Below, piece by piece: positions 62,529 to 64,000 of a stretch of DNA of 64,000 nt. Each line of letters begins with the position of its first letter. Position 1 is the first letter of the stretch. The notes beneath the pieces are model-generated. The model was not told where the DNA came from, did not search any database, and saw only the letters and a program-made list of their open reading frames with translations. The translations under genes and the position numbers were made by a program. Source of the DNA: Azolla caroliniana (Eukaryota; Plantae; Polypodiophyta); NCBI GenBank assembly GCA_043228905.1, contig JBHGNT010000009.1:9176001-9240000 (forward strand). The letters are read 5' to 3'.

Positions 62529-62878
62529 GTTCTGGGTATTCAACACTTGCCCCACTCTAGTGAACTTTGTTCATCGGAACCTCTCTTCTTATTGTTCTGG
62601 TATCCAACACTTGCCTGAAAGTGACTCGGCCTGGCCTGCTCCCATCGCGTGCACCACACACCCCAGCTTTTCTCGTTATTCTCTTCACGAAAGGGATCAT
62701 CAATCACGTCTGAATTTTAAATCTGCAATCTGATGACTCCCATCTTGCATCGTTCTGGTATTCAACACTTGCCTTTGCGTAGTGAGTGAGCTTTATTCGT
62801 CGGAAACTGACTCGGCCTGCTCCCATCATGCACCCCAACTTTTTTGTTATTTCCCTCGCGAAAGAGATCAATCACGTT
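62529..62878. repeat. Imperfect direct repeats upstream of OGDH
   Basis: gttctggtattcaacacttgcc-like motif three times; tgactcggcctg..ctcccatc..atcaatcacgt block twice. Confidence 0.75.
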
Positions 62879-62960
62879 ATTTTTATCAACAAATTTGATG
62901 ACCCGATCCTGCACTCGTTCACTTTATCAAAAGAGAAGTGAGGAAACAATATCACAACTA

Positions 62961-63079
62961 CACTACCCCTATAGTTAGTGGGTGACCATACTTTGCACCA
63001 AAGAGTGATGAAGAAGAAGTCTTGCCTATTGGCAATTCAACATGTTCCACTACCCCTATAGTTAGTGGGTGACCATACT
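62961..63079. repeat. 32-bp exact direct repeat
   Basis: cactacccctatagttagtgggtgaccatact at 62961-62992 and 63048-63079. Confidence 0.9.
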
Positions 63080-63099
63080 CCATTATGACACCCATTGTA

Positions 63100-64000
63100 T
63101 GTAGTGTTTTTCACACACATTTATTAATATAATTGTGTATTTCCACCAAAAATAAAAAAGAGAGAGTGATGAAGAGAAAGAAAGAGAGATCGATGTAGGT
63201 GAGAAAATTGGGTTTCAAACCCAAGATGTAGTGCTAGTAGTGTAAAACGACTTACAACTAGGGTAAGCTAATTACAATAATAATAAAAAGAGAGAGCTTC
63301 AATCTAGAAGAAAAGAGAATAACGAAGTTGTAAAAAAACCTATAATCTTGTTTTAGGCTTCATTTGAAAAAGGTTTTACAAATCTATAATTCTAGCCTTT
63401 TCCTACTTGTCTTTTGTTCTAAAGAGTTCTAGGGCTTTTCTTCATCTCTCTTTGTGTCTCATCCATGTGTTTAGCTTAGGAGGATGGGTGTGTCCAATCC
63501 ATCACTTGGCTTTAAAGTCAAGTATGTTGCTTGATTAACTAACAATTGATTTCAAACTTAAAACAACACCTTTCCTTTTTAAGGGGCCATCATTTCCTAC
63601 TAAGTACTATAACCTCTACATAATATATACAATATGCCGTTCTAGTTGTGTTCACTCACTCTAGAGGACCAACATAAACCAAGGAGAGTGAGTGGGGTAT
63701 CTTAAATTATAATAGAACTAGTATCTTCCACGGATTTATTATATAAGGTTGGAATTTACACACAAGTGCCCCAAGAGTGTTTGGTTACATAGGAGGTGTG
63801 TGGTTGAACTATCCATTGAGATGTGACACAAGTCTTAGACATCTCTTTTGTCGAAGGAAGCATACATCCATCCCCTAAACTTTCTAAGAGCTCATAGAAT
63901 ACTTTGATTTTGAGAATGACAAAGAAGACTTAAATATAATAAGTAAGTTCACTATTTTGATGAGGATGATTTTACAAAATGGTGAAGTTATAAACCCAAG
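63100..64000. mobile_element. Possible start of another LTR running off the window
   Basis: tgtagtgtttttcacacac resembles the 41399 terminus tgtcgtgtggtttttcacacac. No second end visible. Confidence 0.35.

Overview
Land-plant nuclear DNA, probably a non-seed plant (inferred from the retrotransposon lineages present). Positions ~3.8-50.2 kb are two four-level stacks of nested LTR retrotransposons, resolved by LTR pairs, PBS/PPT and target-site duplications (TSDs). Stack 1 is Copia-A > Gypsy-B (chromovirus) > Copia-C > solo LTR. Copia-D lies between the stacks. Stack 2 is Gypsy-H > (Copia-E; solo LTR; Copia-F > Copia-G > solo LTR). All TE coding regions carry stops, frameshifts or deletions; Copia-E is closest to intact. 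The only host gene is an 8-exon mitochondrial 2-oxoglutarate dehydrogenase E1 on the minus strand (62105-51473, 1054 aa) with a GC-AG intron and a duplicated splice donor. Most notable: (1) Gypsy-H is bounded by two LTR copies in INVERTED orientation with ATAT on both outer sides; (2) Gypsy-B has a Tf1-type self-priming PBS and heat-shock-element arrays; (3) one Copia family has two PPTs with a translated acidic/Arg-rich Pol tail between them; (4) another Copia family has U3 arrays built on ATCCGG, including a 7x54-bp higher-order array. All calls were made by eye without database searches; element letters are my labels.
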